A stretch of 64,000 nucleotides of DNA from the NCBI GenBank assembly GCA_963777605.1, contig CAVZRV010000007.1:896001-960000 (forward strand), written 5' to 3'. The notes beneath the pieces are model-generated. The model ran no database searches and was not told where the DNA came from. It saw nothing but the letters and a program-made list of their open reading frames with translations. The DNA comes from an uncultured Acidobacteriota bacterium (GTDB taxonomy: Bacteria; Acidobacteriota; UBA6911; RPQK01; JAPXNP01). The position numbers were made by a program, and so were the translations under genes. Positions 51,201-61,764 of the stretch are shown here, piece by piece. Within the stretch, counting starts at the first letter, position 1. Every line of letters begins with the position of its first letter.

Positions 51201-52527
51201 ACCGGAGCCGGGAAGAACGTCTACCCGACGGACCTCGAAGCGATCTACCGGTCGCTGGATTCGATCGACGACATCTGCGTAATCGGCATTAAGAGCGGCC
51301 TTACAGAGGACGTTCACGCAGTCATTGTTCCGGCCGGCGGAGCGGGTGCTGAAGACGGGGAAGCGCAGACGAGGAAAGAGATTCAACGGGAGATTCAGGA
51401 ACTGGCCAAGGAATTGCCGAGCTATAACCGGCTGCAGCAAATTCACATCCGGCAGGAGGCTCTCCCTTTGACTGAAGAGGGGAAACTGGATCGGGCGGCG
51501 ATCCGGAACTGGGTCACAGCTGAAGTCTCCGGCCTGCCGCGGCCCCAGGTGGCCCGGCCGGGGAAAGAAACGAGCCGCCGGGAAAAGCTTCTCGGGGAAC
51601 TGAGTCGGCTGTCCGGAGTTGACGTGAAGGAGATCGACGACGAGACCAATCTCTACATCGATCTTGGAATGGATTCACTGCTTGCGGTCGAACTGCTCCT
51701 CTTCATCGAAAGGGACCTGGGTATCAGCGTTGCCGATGAGTGGATTCCAATGTTCCAGACGGTGGGCGACGTTCTCGACGAGTTGCGCCGGCAGGGAGTG
51801 AGTACCGGGGCGACCGGGGCCCCGGAGGTCGTTCGTTCGGCCCTTTCCTATGATAAGCGTCCAACCATCGACCGGGCCCTGATGGGCGCGAGTTTCTCCA
51901 CGCTGAAGGCACTGTTTCGAAGTTACTTTCAGTTACAGATCGCGAATCCCCAGATCCTTCCGCTCGATCGCCCTTATATCGTGGCGGCAAACCACTCCAG
52001 CCACCTCGACTCGGTCGCGGTCATTTCGGCGTTGAGTCTGGCCCTCGGCGTAAGGGAGGCGCAAAGGGTTCACATCATTGGAGCACGGGATTACTTCTTC
52101 AATTCCCCACTGAAGAGTTGGCTGTTCAGCACCTGCCTGAATGTCGGTCCCGATCGAGCGAGATGAGGTTGGACTGGCCGGGTTGAGGATGGTTGGGTCG
52201 ATTCTCGGTCGCGGTGAACCGGTCGTGATCTTCCCCGAAGGCACTCGAAGCAGAACCGGCGAACTCCAGGAGTTTAAACCCGGCGTGGGGCTGATCGCGT
52301 GGGAGTACCAGGTTCCGATCGTTCCCGCATTCATCAAGGGAGCCTTTCAGGCCATGCCGGCGGGAAAAAGCCTTCCGAAACCCCACCCGATTGAAGTGCG
52401 CTTTGGTGAACTGGTCCAGATGGGGGATTATCGGGAATACGCGGCCAGCGTCTCGCGCGATGAGGTCTACCGCAAGATTGCCTCGGACCTGCGGTCAAGC
52501 ATAGTCTCCCTGACGCTCGATCAATAG
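48192..52527 (+). CDS. ElbD-like multidomain protein: fatty acyl reductase, acyl-adenylate ligase, ACP and PlsC-type acyltransferase; +1 frameshift near 52147
   Basis: TGATGFLG and YTYTK (FAR); FTTGTAVDPKG, YGLTET, FHTGDLG (adenylation); LGMDSL (ACP); NHSSHLD and, after the shift, FPEGTRS (acyltransferase). Confidence 0.85.
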
Positions 52528-52528
52528 G

Positions 52529-53479
52529 TTATTCCGTTCGAAGAAGTTCGAGCAAACCCTCGCGGGCAATGTTCCCGCCGCTCAACACGCAGGCAGTGCC
52601 GTCGGCAGGGATCTTTCCTTCCAGCACGGCTGCCAGTGTAACTGCGCCGGAAGGCTCCACGAGCAGTTTTTCCTCAAACAGGAGCTGGCGGGTTGCCGCT
52701 GCGATCGCGGTTTCCGAGACCACGACGACGTCTTTCACGAGTCGCTGAATAATCGGAAAAGTGAGACTGCCGGGGCAGGTGACGCGCAGTCCGTCAGCAA
52801 CGGTTCGGGCTTCAGGGATTGAAACCCTTTCGCCCTTTCGATAGGAGAGAAAGGCAGCGGACGACCCTTCCGGCTGGACGCCCCATACCTGAACGTCCGG
52901 ACGCAGCTGCGAGATACTCGAGAGGATCCCGGCAATCAGGCCACCCCCGCTGATCGGAACGACAATGTTCCTTACGGAAGGATATTGCTCGGCGATTTCG
53001 CAGCCGAGGGAGGCATTTCCGAGGATTGCGTCAACGTGGTTGTAGGGATGAATGACCGTCCGGTTTTCCTCGGAGGAAATCCGGTTGACGGTCTCCTCCC
53101 GGGCCTCGAATACGTTCGCGCAGGGAACCACGATCCCACCAAAGGCCCGGGTCCTCTCCTTCTTCAAAGCGCTGGCGGATTCCATCATCACGATTTTGGA
53201 GACGATCCCAAAGCGGGTCGCGGCAAACCCAGCGGCCTGGGCAAAGTTTCCCGAGCTCGACGTGACGATGCCCTGCCTGCGGGCCTCTTCCGTCAGTCGC
53301 GCAACCTGGGCATAAGCGGGCCGAATCTTAAAGGAACCCGTCACCTGGAGGTTCTCAGTTTTGAAAAAGACGGAGGGAACAGAGTGAGACTCCAGCAGCG
53401 GAGTCCGTCGCGCGACTCCGACCAGCAACGCCCGGGTCTGCCGGATCTCCTCGAGTGAGAATTGAAACTCCTTGGGCAT
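52529..53479 (-). CDS. PLP-dependent threonine dehydratase/serine racemase family protein
   Basis: KTENLQVTGSFKIR, SSGNFAQA, PISGGGL, VEPSGA, LSGGN. Confidence 0.9.
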   Translation of the reverse strand: MPKEFQFSLEEIRQTRALLVGVARRTPLLESHSVPSVFFKTENLQVTGSFKIRPAYAQVARLTEEARRQGIVTSSSGNFAQAAGFAATRFGIVSKIVMMESASALKKERTRAFGGIVVPCANVFEAREETVNRISSEENRTVIHPYNHVDAILGNASLGCEIAEQYPSVRNIVVPISGGGLIAGILSSISQLRPDVQVWGVQPEGSSAAFLSYRKGERVSIPEARTVADGLRVTCPGSLTFPIIQRLVKDVVVVSETAIAAATRQLLFEEKLLVEPSGAVTLAAVLEGKIPADGTACVLSGGNIAREGLLELLRTE

Positions 53480-53546
53480 AAACTCATCTAAATGTTAGCT
53501 TGCAAAGAGCCTGTCTGGAAAGGGCTCGGGGAGAAAAGGAGGAACT

Positions 53547-54647
53547 ATGGCGTGGCGGAGGGCATCGGGCGTGATCTTGGCAGCGCTGCTGTTCGCGGGC
53601 TGCGGTTGGTGGTCCGGGAAGACGGACAGCGCCGCCTCAACTGAACAGGAAACGGCGAAAGTCGCGGCGAATGCGACCCCCGCGCAAGAGTTGTCCCCGC
53701 CTGAGTCGGCGAACCGGGAACCAGCACCGCCAGTCGTCGAGGCGCCGGCAGCGGCTGTGACCAGGGCCCCCCGAGCGGAGGCTCCTGAGCGGGCGCGCTC
53801 CCCAGTTCCAGTGCAAAAGGAAAAAGCCGAGCCGATAGCGTCCCCGAACGTCACTGCCGGCAAACCTCAACCCTCGGGGCCTGCAGAGCCGGCGGTGGCA
53901 TCCCGCTCCCAGGAAAGACCGCCTCTGACCAGGACCCCGGCGGCTGCGGAACCGGCGGAAGAATTGGCAACGCCTTCGACCCAAACGTTCGATTCTGCGG
54001 AGGCTTCATTGCCGCCGGCTCCGGCGCGCAGTGGAATCGTTGTTCCTCCGGGACCACCGAGACCGGGCGCGGGTCTTACTCCCTCGAGTTCGCCAACGAT
54101 GGCTCGGGACGTCGCTGCACCAGCCGTATCCGAACCGCAACGACTGGCAGAGGGGACCGTTATCGAGGTGAGACTTGCGGAGAACCTGGGGACGGAGACC
54201 CATCGGGTCGGCGATCACTTTCGGGCCATCCTCGACCGTGACATTGAAACTGAAAGCGGCAGGGTGATCCCAAAAGGCAGCGAAGTCGAGGGCACGATTC
54301 TGGAGTCGATCGAACCGGGTCGAGTCAAGGGACGTGCGAGCCTGACGTTTGCTCTCAGCCGGCTATTGGTCGGAGATGAAGTGATTCCTCTGGAAACCAA
54401 TCCGATTACGATGGAAGCCGAGAGCACTAAAGGGGAGGACCTCAAGAAAGTCGGCATCGGCGCGGCTGTCGGCACAGCCCTCGGGGCGATCTTCGGAGGG
54501 AAGAAAGGAGCCGCCGTCGGCGGGGCCAGTGGCGCCGGAGCCGGTACGGCCGGAGTGCTGCTCTCCCGGGGCAACCCGGTGAAGATCGACAAGGAACGCC
54601 TCTTCAGTTTCCGGCTCGAAAAAGAGGCCGTCGCCGAACCACAGTAG
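53547..54647 (+). CDS. Lipoprotein with long Pro/Ala-rich linker and C-terminal glycine-zipper domain
   Basis: AGGAGG RBS; lipobox LFAGC; GAAVGTALGAIFGGKKGAAVGG. Confidence 0.8.
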   Translation: MAWRRASGVILAALLFAGCGWWSGKTDSAASTEQETAKVAANATPAQELSPPESANREPAPPVVEAPAAAVTRAPRAEAPERARSPVPVQKEKAEPIASPNVTAGKPQPSGPAEPAVASRSQERPPLTRTPAAAEPAEELATPSTQTFDSAEASLPPAPARSGIVVPPGPPRPGAGLTPSSSPTMARDVAAPAVSEPQRLAEGTVIEVRLAENLGTETHRVGDHFRAILDRDIETESGRVIPKGSEVEGTILESIEPGRVKGRASLTFALSRLLVGDEVIPLETNPITMEAESTKGEDLKKVGIGAAVGTALGAIFGGKKGAAVGGASGAGAGTAGVLLSRGNPVKIDKERLFSFRLEKEAVAEPQ

Positions 54648-55210
54648 GTCGAGCGTCCGCGCTTGTCTCCGAAGTCAGAGCGGTCCGCGGCTGGACCATT
54701 CGCAGAGTGAAACTTGCCAAGTCCCAGCCGGAAATCGCGATTCACCCTCATTCGGTACGCGCGTACAGCGAGCGTGTCTTCAGATCTTGATCTACTGCCA
54801 GGCTTGGATCTTGCCTCCATCCGGACGGTTCCGGCCTCCGGCATCACTGCTGGTGACGTGGGAGCATCCGCAGTCGCGCTCGCTTCCCTCGCGTACTGAA
54901 TGCGGGTTTCGTTAGATGAACGCACCAACGGCGCAGGGTCATTTCCAGCCCGGGGCAGCCGCCCCGGGACTTCGAGGCAAAGCGAAATTGCAGCACTGAA
55001 GGTGCGATTCAATCTCACCCCTGTCACGTGGCATACCTACTGGATCCAGCGAACTCATCCAGGTCATCCAAATTGAAGTTTCAGGCTTTGGACCACAAAG
55101 GAGACAGAGGCAGATACTCCCTGGCCTGAGTCCAATGTCGGCAGAGCCGACGAATGGAGCGGGAGTTGCACGGGAGCCACCAATCTCTTAAACTGCACGC
55201 AGTTGACCGC

Positions 55211-55302
<92 letters not shown>

Positions 55303-55318
55303 CTTTCCTCAACCCTAT

Positions 55319-55884
55319 TTAATCCGCTGACGACTCGATGAACTCCTTCAAGTTCCGAACCGTGCCGGCAGGGCTCCAGATTCCCTGGCTGATGTCGAGT
55401 TGGTACATGAAGAGAAGCCGTGGGGTCTTCGTGTTCGTGATCAGGGCCACCGTCTTGCGCTGGACCTGCTGCGGCATCGGCCCCGGTGCCTGACCGGATC
55501 CACTCCCGTCAACGTACGGGATGCGGTTTCCACGGATCGTGTTTGAAAAATCCTCCACGAACGTCTTGGACTGGAAGAAGAGGACGATATCGGCTTCAGC
55601 GAGATTTTCGGATTTGGTCCATCCAAAGGTCTGGTGAATCTCCCCAAGGATGCGGTCGGTTCCTTGTGCATCACCACCGGCGGCAGACAGGTAGAACGTG
55701 CTGACTTTACGGAGCGCATCAATGCGTTCCTGGGCCGGCTGCACGTCGAACAGGTTGTCCCGCATCGTGTCCAGGCTGGTTTTCTCAGCCGGCCGGTCGC
55801 TCCGAAAACCATTCGAATCGCCGCGACCTGAACCAATGCGATCCCCACGATGGCGAGAAGCCTAAAGAATGAGTCACTCTTCAT
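55319..55884 (-). CDS. Hypothetical exported protein with 1-nt deletion near 55798 (error or pseudogene)
   Basis: GGAGGAG RBS and signal peptide (MKSDSFFRLLAIVG) in one frame; body (DRPAEKTSLDTMRDN...) in another; length is 3n-1. Confidence 0.6.
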
Positions 55885-55999
55885 AACCTGTCTCCTCCTC
55901 CAGATACTCTGATGCTTCGCCTGGTCAAGGGTTCACCATTGAATTAGGCCGACACCGTCGGAGATACATGCGATATCTGACGAGATTCTCAGGCGAATC

Positions 56000-56723
56000 A
56001 ACTTATCTCCGACATTTCTGTTGCCCGGCCGGGCAACGCCCGCTAGGAGCCTGACCAAGTTGCGAGAGTTGGATCTCGACCTCACAGGAGTGACCGCAGC
56101 ATTCCTCCAGAGTTCGGAACCGAAGATCTGGAAGTCCTTGCCTCTCCCAGAACAACTGGAGCGGCACCCTCCCCGTCGAGTTGGTCAACCTGGTGAACCG
56201 GAGCAGGTCTGTGCTCGGCCACAATGACTTCACGGGCCTGGTGATCCCGGACGAGTTCGGAAATTTGGCCAGTTTGAAGGCGCTGCAGGCGGGATCGGTG
56301 ACGGTGAGCTCGGATCAACCCATTGCCGGAGTCGTCATCTTCTCGGGCCCGACGGTCGGTGCCGCTGGCGTTGGCAACAGCCTGGAACTGCCGGAAGGAT
56401 TCGTCGCCCCCATGGAGACCAACCAGTCGAGCGGAATCAACACCGGGGTCGCAGTGATGAACCTGGAAGATGCAGACCAGACGCTGGACGCGGACTTGCT
56501 CGACAGCGCCGGCCAGAAGTTGGCGTCGGCCCAGGTATCTCTGGCAGCCCTGGGGCATGCAGCGTTGTTCGTAACCGAGATCCCGTGGAACCAACCGGTA
56601 GAGTTCAACCAGTTCGAAGGGCTCCTGAGGATTCGAAGCGAAGGCAAGACAGCGGCCACCGTAATCCAGACCCGCCCCGGCCAATTCGCCACCATGCCGG
56701 TTGCAGCGAAACCAAAGGATTGA
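56000..56723 (+). pseudogene. Remnant of leucine-rich-repeat protein joined to an intact C-terminal domain
   Basis: Frame-broken LRR units (SIPPEFG, LSQNNWSGTLPVELVNL, HNDFTG..IPDEFGNLASLKAL) running into AGSVTVSSD...NTGVAVMN...FATMPV; no start or RBS. Confidence 0.7.
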
Positions 56724-56772
56724 GATTCTTTACCTGGGGAATCAACGACTACTCATCGACGAGGAGACTCCT

Positions 56773-58687
56773 GTGAAAACGACGCTCCGAAACCTCTTTC
56801 TTGTGGCGATGGTGATTGTGGCCTCGAACATCTCCATGGGCGCCCAGAGTTACACGCTCGGTTACACCCCTGGCCGGACCTATTTCAACGCGGATGCCGG
56901 CCCGATTCGGCCTCCGTTTGAGCTGGTCAAGACGATTCCGCTGACTTCCGGCAACTTTGCCGGCTACCTGGCGGTTGCGGGGGATCGGCTGCTCGTTGAA
57001 AGCATTGAAGAAGATAACGAGGGAAGAAGCCGAGCCGTCTTCACCATGATCAACGAAACGACCGGCGAGACCCTCTGGAGCATCGCCGGCGACAAGTTCC
57101 TCTACGCAGGCGCAGAAGGCTATCCCGCGGCGATCAGTGATGACGTGGTCTTCCTGGCCACGGACCACACCACCGGCGTGCGGGCCGTCTCCGTCTTGGA
57201 CGGGACCGAACTCTGGCGCGACGATTCCGTGGGCCGGCTCAATCTCGTCTCTCCGATTGTCAGCAACAGCCTTGCCCTTTACGGAGGAGGTGATTCCCTG
57301 GTGGCGGCACGCACTCTTACGGGCGATCCCTATTGGCGAATCAATCACGATGGGGTCCGCAGCTTCGAACAAGGCATCGCCGCATCCGGCGGGCAGATTT
57401 ACCTCTTCGACGGCGGGTCGGCCGTTGCACGGAACCTGTTAACGGGAGAAGAAGTCTGGAGCGTCCCCCCAATTCAGGTGGTCGACTACCCGGCCCAGCT
57501 CCTGGTTGGAGAAGGGCGGGTTTTCGTGGCAAGCAGCGCGAATAGCTCGAAACAGAATTTGACGGCTTTGCGCGCCGATTCGGGTCAAGATTGTCTGGCA
57601 GGTCAATTGGGAGGACTGGTCCGAGACCCATGTTGCCTACGCCTACCACAGGGTGTTTGCATTTCAGCGGGGTCGGAGTGGTCTGCGGAACCGGATCGTA
57701 GCGTTGGATCCGGTGACGGGTCAGGAGCTCTGGTCTCACGAAGACGATGGTGCAGGCCTGCCGTATGGTCAGGTCGCAAACAACCTCGTCTTCTATCAAT
57801 GCTGGGATCGAACCCTGGCCCTTGATGCCTTCACCGGGAGGCTGGTCTGGAGCAAGCAGGTTGATGGGCTCACCAATTCCGTGATTGCAGACGGCCGGCT
57901 TTACCTGCTCTTCCCGGAGGAAATCCAGATCTACCAACCGGCGCATGTTCGGCAGTTGCCCCAGTTCGTGGACGGGCTGGGGGCCTCGACGCTGATCTCG
58001 ATCGTCAACCTGTCATCCGCCGCCAACTCGGGAACGCTGGAGCTCTTTGATGACGCCGGTGCCCCCCTTCCGATCGCGGTTGAGGGAGAGTCGGAGCCTG
58101 CCGCGGTGATTCCCTTCTCCCTGGCTCCGTCGGAGTCCCTGCGAATCCGCACGTCGGGCACGTCGGAAACCCTGTCCTCGGGATGGGTGCGGGTCCGCTC
58201 GGCTGAAGCGGTGAGTGCCGCGGCGACCTACCAGGTGATGGTCTCAGGCGGCCTGTATGAAGCGAGCGTCGATGCCGCCGAACCGACCGGTTCTGCGAGC
58301 CTCTCGGTGATTCGGGCGGAGGAGTTCGGGGGGCTGACCAATACCGGCCTGGCTCTGGTCAATGTATCGGACTCAGCGGCGGAAGTTGAGTTGGAATTTC
58401 GGGGGCGTGCGGCTGAGGGGCCAGCAGGGGGTACGGCCAGGAGTTTTTCTGTGGTCACAGACGGGACGTCTGTGCCACAAGCTCTCGGGGTTTTCCATGC
58501 CTCCCTGACGCTCGATCCGGGGCAACACGTGGCCCGGTTCCTGGACGAGCTTTTCGAGGAGAGCGGACAGGCCGAAGCGGAGGGAACGGTCCTGATTCGA
58601 TCCACTCGACCGATCGCCGTGACGGCGCTGCGCACGCACGACGGCCTGCCGGTATCCAGTTATCCCGTCGGATTTCCGGAGCCGTAG
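56773..58687 (+). CDS. Secreted PQQ-type beta-propeller repeat protein with C-terminal domain; +1 frameshift near 57588
   Basis: GAGGAG RBS with GTG, signal peptide; repeated A.D..TG...W blades across both frames; removing one A gives SGQIVW and joins the ORFs. Confidence 0.8.
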
Positions 58688-59028
58688 GGGATCTTCCGGC
58701 CTCCGCCTGGGTGAGGTCATTTCGTGCCGTTGGGGCGGCCGTGGGTTTGATGTTGGGTCGGGGCGACCTTTTCCCGAGTCCGCTCCTCCTAAGTGGCATC
58801 CTTTTCACTTGCTTCCCGCAGTCTCTTGAAACTTTTTCCGTCTTTTTCCGACTATTTCGGGAATTTCCTCGCACTTTTACCGACACATACGTTCTTAATA
58901 GTGGGGTTTGGGGTTTGGCCCCCGCCGGAGGCTTTACCCGGGGGTTTCGTGCGCCCAGCGCTCTTCCACGGCGCAAAAAACCGAGAGAAGAGTTTAGAAG
59001 GTGCATCACAAGGGAGATGACGTGGTGC

Positions 59029-59120
59029 CGGGATTTCGGGATCATGGGATTTCGAGATCTCGTGATCTCGGAAAGGCGGGATGGGACTCAGGGGACGTAT
59101 GGGACCAATGCGACATGGGA
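59029..59120. repeat. Degenerate short tandem repeats (8-mers then about 9-mers)
   Basis: GGGATTTC GGGATCAT GGGATTTC GAGATCTC GTGATCTC; then ATGGGACTC AGGGGACGT ATGGGACCA ATGCGAC ATGGGA. Confidence 0.6.
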
Positions 59121-59147
59121 AACTCCCTGTCTCCTGTCTTCTTCTCC

Positions 59148-59957
59148 TCACCGTTGTTCCTTGACCGCTTTGCCGATCAATCGCCTGGTCAGGCCGGGGG
59201 CGATCCACTGGAGCCAGCGCAGGGCGCCCAGTTTTCGGGGGATGAAGAGCGTTTTTTGGCGCTGATCCAACGCGCGCAGGACCAGCGCGGAGCACTCTTC
59301 CACGGTGACCGACTCGCTGCTGTGTTTCTTGGGAGAGTGTTGGGACCGGCCCGAGCCGCCGAAGGCGTTGGCCCGCAGGCTGGTTCCGCGGATCCAGCCG
59401 GGCATCACGGTCAGGATGTGGATGGTCTCTCCGACCTCGAAGTCGAGGCTCTTGAGAAATCCGTTCAACGCATGCTTGGCTCCCGCGTAGCCGGTGTGGT
59501 TCGGGATCGCCACTTCTCCCTGCAGGGAGGAGATCGCCACGATCGATCCCCGCGCCTTCAGCAATGCGGGAAGCGCAGCGTGAACGCAGTAGACGGCGCC
59601 GAGGTAGTTGACTTCCATCAGCCTGCGAAACATCGAGAGGTCGGTGATTTCGTCGAAGCGGGCCCACATGCTGACACCGGCGCAGAGGATGAGCTGGTCG
59701 ATGCGCTGGAAATGATCCAGGGTCGCGGTCATCGCCGACCGACAGGCGTCATCGTCGGTGATGTCGGTTGGCTGGGTGATCGCGTCGGCGTCGGGGCATT
59801 TCTCGCGGATCAACCGGAGGGTCTCGGTCAGACCTTCCCGATCGCGGTCGATAAGCGAGAGACGACTTCCCCGCCCGGCCAGGTCCAGGGAAAGCTGCCG
59901 GCCCAGGCCCGAGGCCGCTCCGGTCACGACGGCAACGGAAGGGTGTTGGTCTTTCAT
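59148..59957 (-). CDS. SDR family oxidoreductase, coupled to alkyl-DHAP synthase
   Basis: TGAASGLG, VNYLG, YAGAK catalytic motif; ATGA overlap with upstream stop. Confidence 0.9.
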   Translation of the reverse strand: MKDQHPSVAVVTGAASGLGRQLSLDLAGRGSRLSLIDRDREGLTETLRLIREKCPDADAITQPTDITDDDACRSAMTATLDHFQRIDQLILCAGVSMWARFDEITDLSMFRRLMEVNYLGAVYCVHAALPALLKARGSIVAISSLQGEVAIPNHTGYAGAKHALNGFLKSLDFEVGETIHILTVMPGWIRGTSLRANAFGGSGRSQHSPKKHSSESVTVEECSALVLRALDQRQKTLFIPRKLGALRWLQWIAPGLTRRLIGKAVKEQR

Positions 59958-61717
59958 TCCGCGAACACGTTGTTTCGAATGCCGAACACGTTGGTCGGAT
60001 CGCAGCTTTGCTTGACTCCCTTGAGCAGCTCGATCGCCGGTTCCGACATGGTCTGATTTACGAACCGGGCACGCAGCTTGCCGACTCCGTGGTGATGGGA
60101 GATGGAGCCTCCGTGAGCCAGAATCGTTTCCCGCAAAGACTTCTCGATCTCGCCGAACACGACCTCGGGCCGGGCGACGCCCTTGGTATAGAGGCCGTAC
60201 ATGAAGTAGATGCAAACCCCGGTGTGGTAGAGCTGGGTCACGCGGTAGGAGACATAGAACTTTCCGGGCAGCTTGTGGAGCTTGTGCTGCTCGGCGGCGC
60301 GTTCCTCGACGGCATGGCAAACGTCGTGAATCTTTGACCAGGGAACGGAGGTCTCAAAGGTCTCGCCGATGACGTGGAACTGGGAGACGAAATCCCGGAT
60401 GTAGGCGATGGCATAGGTCAACATGTAGCCGCGTCGGCCGGCATCGGAACCGGCTGCAATCCCGTGGTATTTTGCGGCCAGCTTGTTGAGATGCGATTGC
60501 TGGTAATCGACCTCGTCCTGGGTTCCCTCCATGACAATGGTCGCAGCGACCATTTTGTCGGCGTCAAAGCCACGCACCTTGAGAACGTAGAGCTTCTTGA
60601 TCTTCTCCAGCATGGCCGCGAACCCATCGGATCGGCCCTTGAGCGCCATTCCGAACTTGAACTGAACGTTGTCGACCAGGCGGATGCTGGCAGGAATGAA
60701 GTCGGTCTTGGAAAGGGCGTGCAGGAACTCGACGCCCAGCTCGAAATTGGGGAAAACGAGTGAGCCGTAGCGGGTGACGTCCGGGCGTCGGAAAATCTTG
60801 ATGACGGCCCTGGTGATAATTCCGAGCGTGCCTTCGCTGCCGAATGTCAGCAGTTGGGGTTGAATCCCCATGGAAACGCGTGGCAATGCCGCCGAGTGTT
60901 CAACCGTTCCCAGCGGAGTCACCATGGTGACCTTTTCCACCACCTCTTCAATGTTGCCGTAGCGGTTCTTCTTCATGCCGCTGGCATTGGTGGCGATCCA
61001 GCCGCCGAGAGTGGACAGTTCGATGCTGTCCGGCTCGTGCCCGCAGATGAAGCCCTGGCCCCGCAGCTGCTCCTCGAGGTCCATTCCGCGAATCCCGGCC
61101 TGGACACAGGCGCGCATGTTCTCCTTGTCGATCCACTCGATCTGGTTCATGCGCCGCATGTCCACCGACACGATCATCCGCTGCTCGTTTTCCGGAAGGG
61201 TCAGCGACGAGCTCACGCTGGTCCCGCCGCCGTAAGGAACCAGGCAAACGTCGTGGGCATTCGCCAGTTGCACGACCGCTTCCACGTCCGCGTCGTTTTC
61301 CGGATAGAAAACGGCATCGGCACAACGTTCGAGCCGCTCGTAAAGGACCCGGTACACTTCGTCGGTCGTGGTTTGCCCGTGGCTGTGAAGGAGCCGGTCC
61401 GGATCGTCGAAAGAAAGCTGGTCGGCGTTGGTGCGGGTTTCCAGCGCCCGGCAGAAAGCCTCGTTCCGGACCGGAGGGTCGATCGGCTTGTCGGCGAGTT
61501 CCTTCTTGGTGTCTTTGAGATCCAGTGTGACGCCGAGAACGCTTTCCACGTAAGGGAGAAAGTCGTACATCCGGTAGCCGGAGAGGAGGTAGCGCTTGCC
61601 GGTTAACTCGACGCCACCGTCTTCATGAACGACAAACTCGGTGTCGGCAAATCCCCACTTGTGGCCCCACGGTATGTTGTCGAGAGATGTGTTCAAGCCT
61701 TCGCTCTTCTTTTCCAT
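59954..61717 (-). CDS. Alkyl-dihydroxyacetonephosphate synthase (AGPS)-like FAD-linked enzyme
   Basis: LTGKRY, HEPDSIELSTLGGWIATNASGMKKNRYGNIE, PASIRLVDN, GYMLTYAIAYIRD, FETSVPW, RVTQLY..G.CIYF, SHHHGVGKLR, matching AGPS motifs as I recall them. Confidence 0.9.
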   Translation of the reverse strand: MEKKSEGLNTSLDNIPWGHKWGFADTEFVVHEDGGVELTGKRYLLSGYRMYDFLPYVESVLGVTLDLKDTKKELADKPIDPPVRNEAFCRALETRTNADQLSFDDPDRLLHSHGQTTTDEVYRVLYERLERCADAVFYPENDADVEAVVQLANAHDVCLVPYGGGTSVSSSLTLPENEQRMIVSVDMRRMNQIEWIDKENMRACVQAGIRGMDLEEQLRGQGFICGHEPDSIELSTLGGWIATNASGMKKNRYGNIEEVVEKVTMVTPLGTVEHSAALPRVSMGIQPQLLTFGSEGTLGIITRAVIKIFRRPDVTRYGSLVFPNFELGVEFLHALSKTDFIPASIRLVDNVQFKFGMALKGRSDGFAAMLEKIKKLYVLKVRGFDADKMVAATIVMEGTQDEVDYQQSHLNKLAAKYHGIAAGSDAGRRGYMLTYAIAYIRDFVSQFHVIGETFETSVPWSKIHDVCHAVEERAAEQHKLHKLPGKFYVSYRVTQLYHTGVCIYFMYGLYTKGVARPEVVFGEIEKSLRETILAHGGSISHHHGVGKLRARFVNQTMSEPAIELLKGVKQSCDPTNVFGIRNNVFAE

Positions 61718-61764
61718 TTGAAGTACCTCGAGCCGCAACCGGCATCCTGCATTTTGTCGGGCAG

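Noticed and set aside
54650-55210. Coding gene or structured RNA upstream of tRNA-Ser
   Set aside because: No ORF with RBS or family motif, and no RNA family I can recognise
55303-58710. Integrative element inserted at tRNA-Ser
   Set aside because: No integrase or mobility gene and no convincing duplicate of the tRNA 3' end (only CTCCGCC near 58701); at most a variable locus
59029-59120. CRISPR array
   Set aside because: Units are 8-9 bp, degenerate and without spacers; no cas genes in the window
59958-60320. N-terminal extension of the SDR (390-aa ORF)
   Set aside because: Lies inside the AGPS gene in another frame; SDR motifs begin right after ATG 59957
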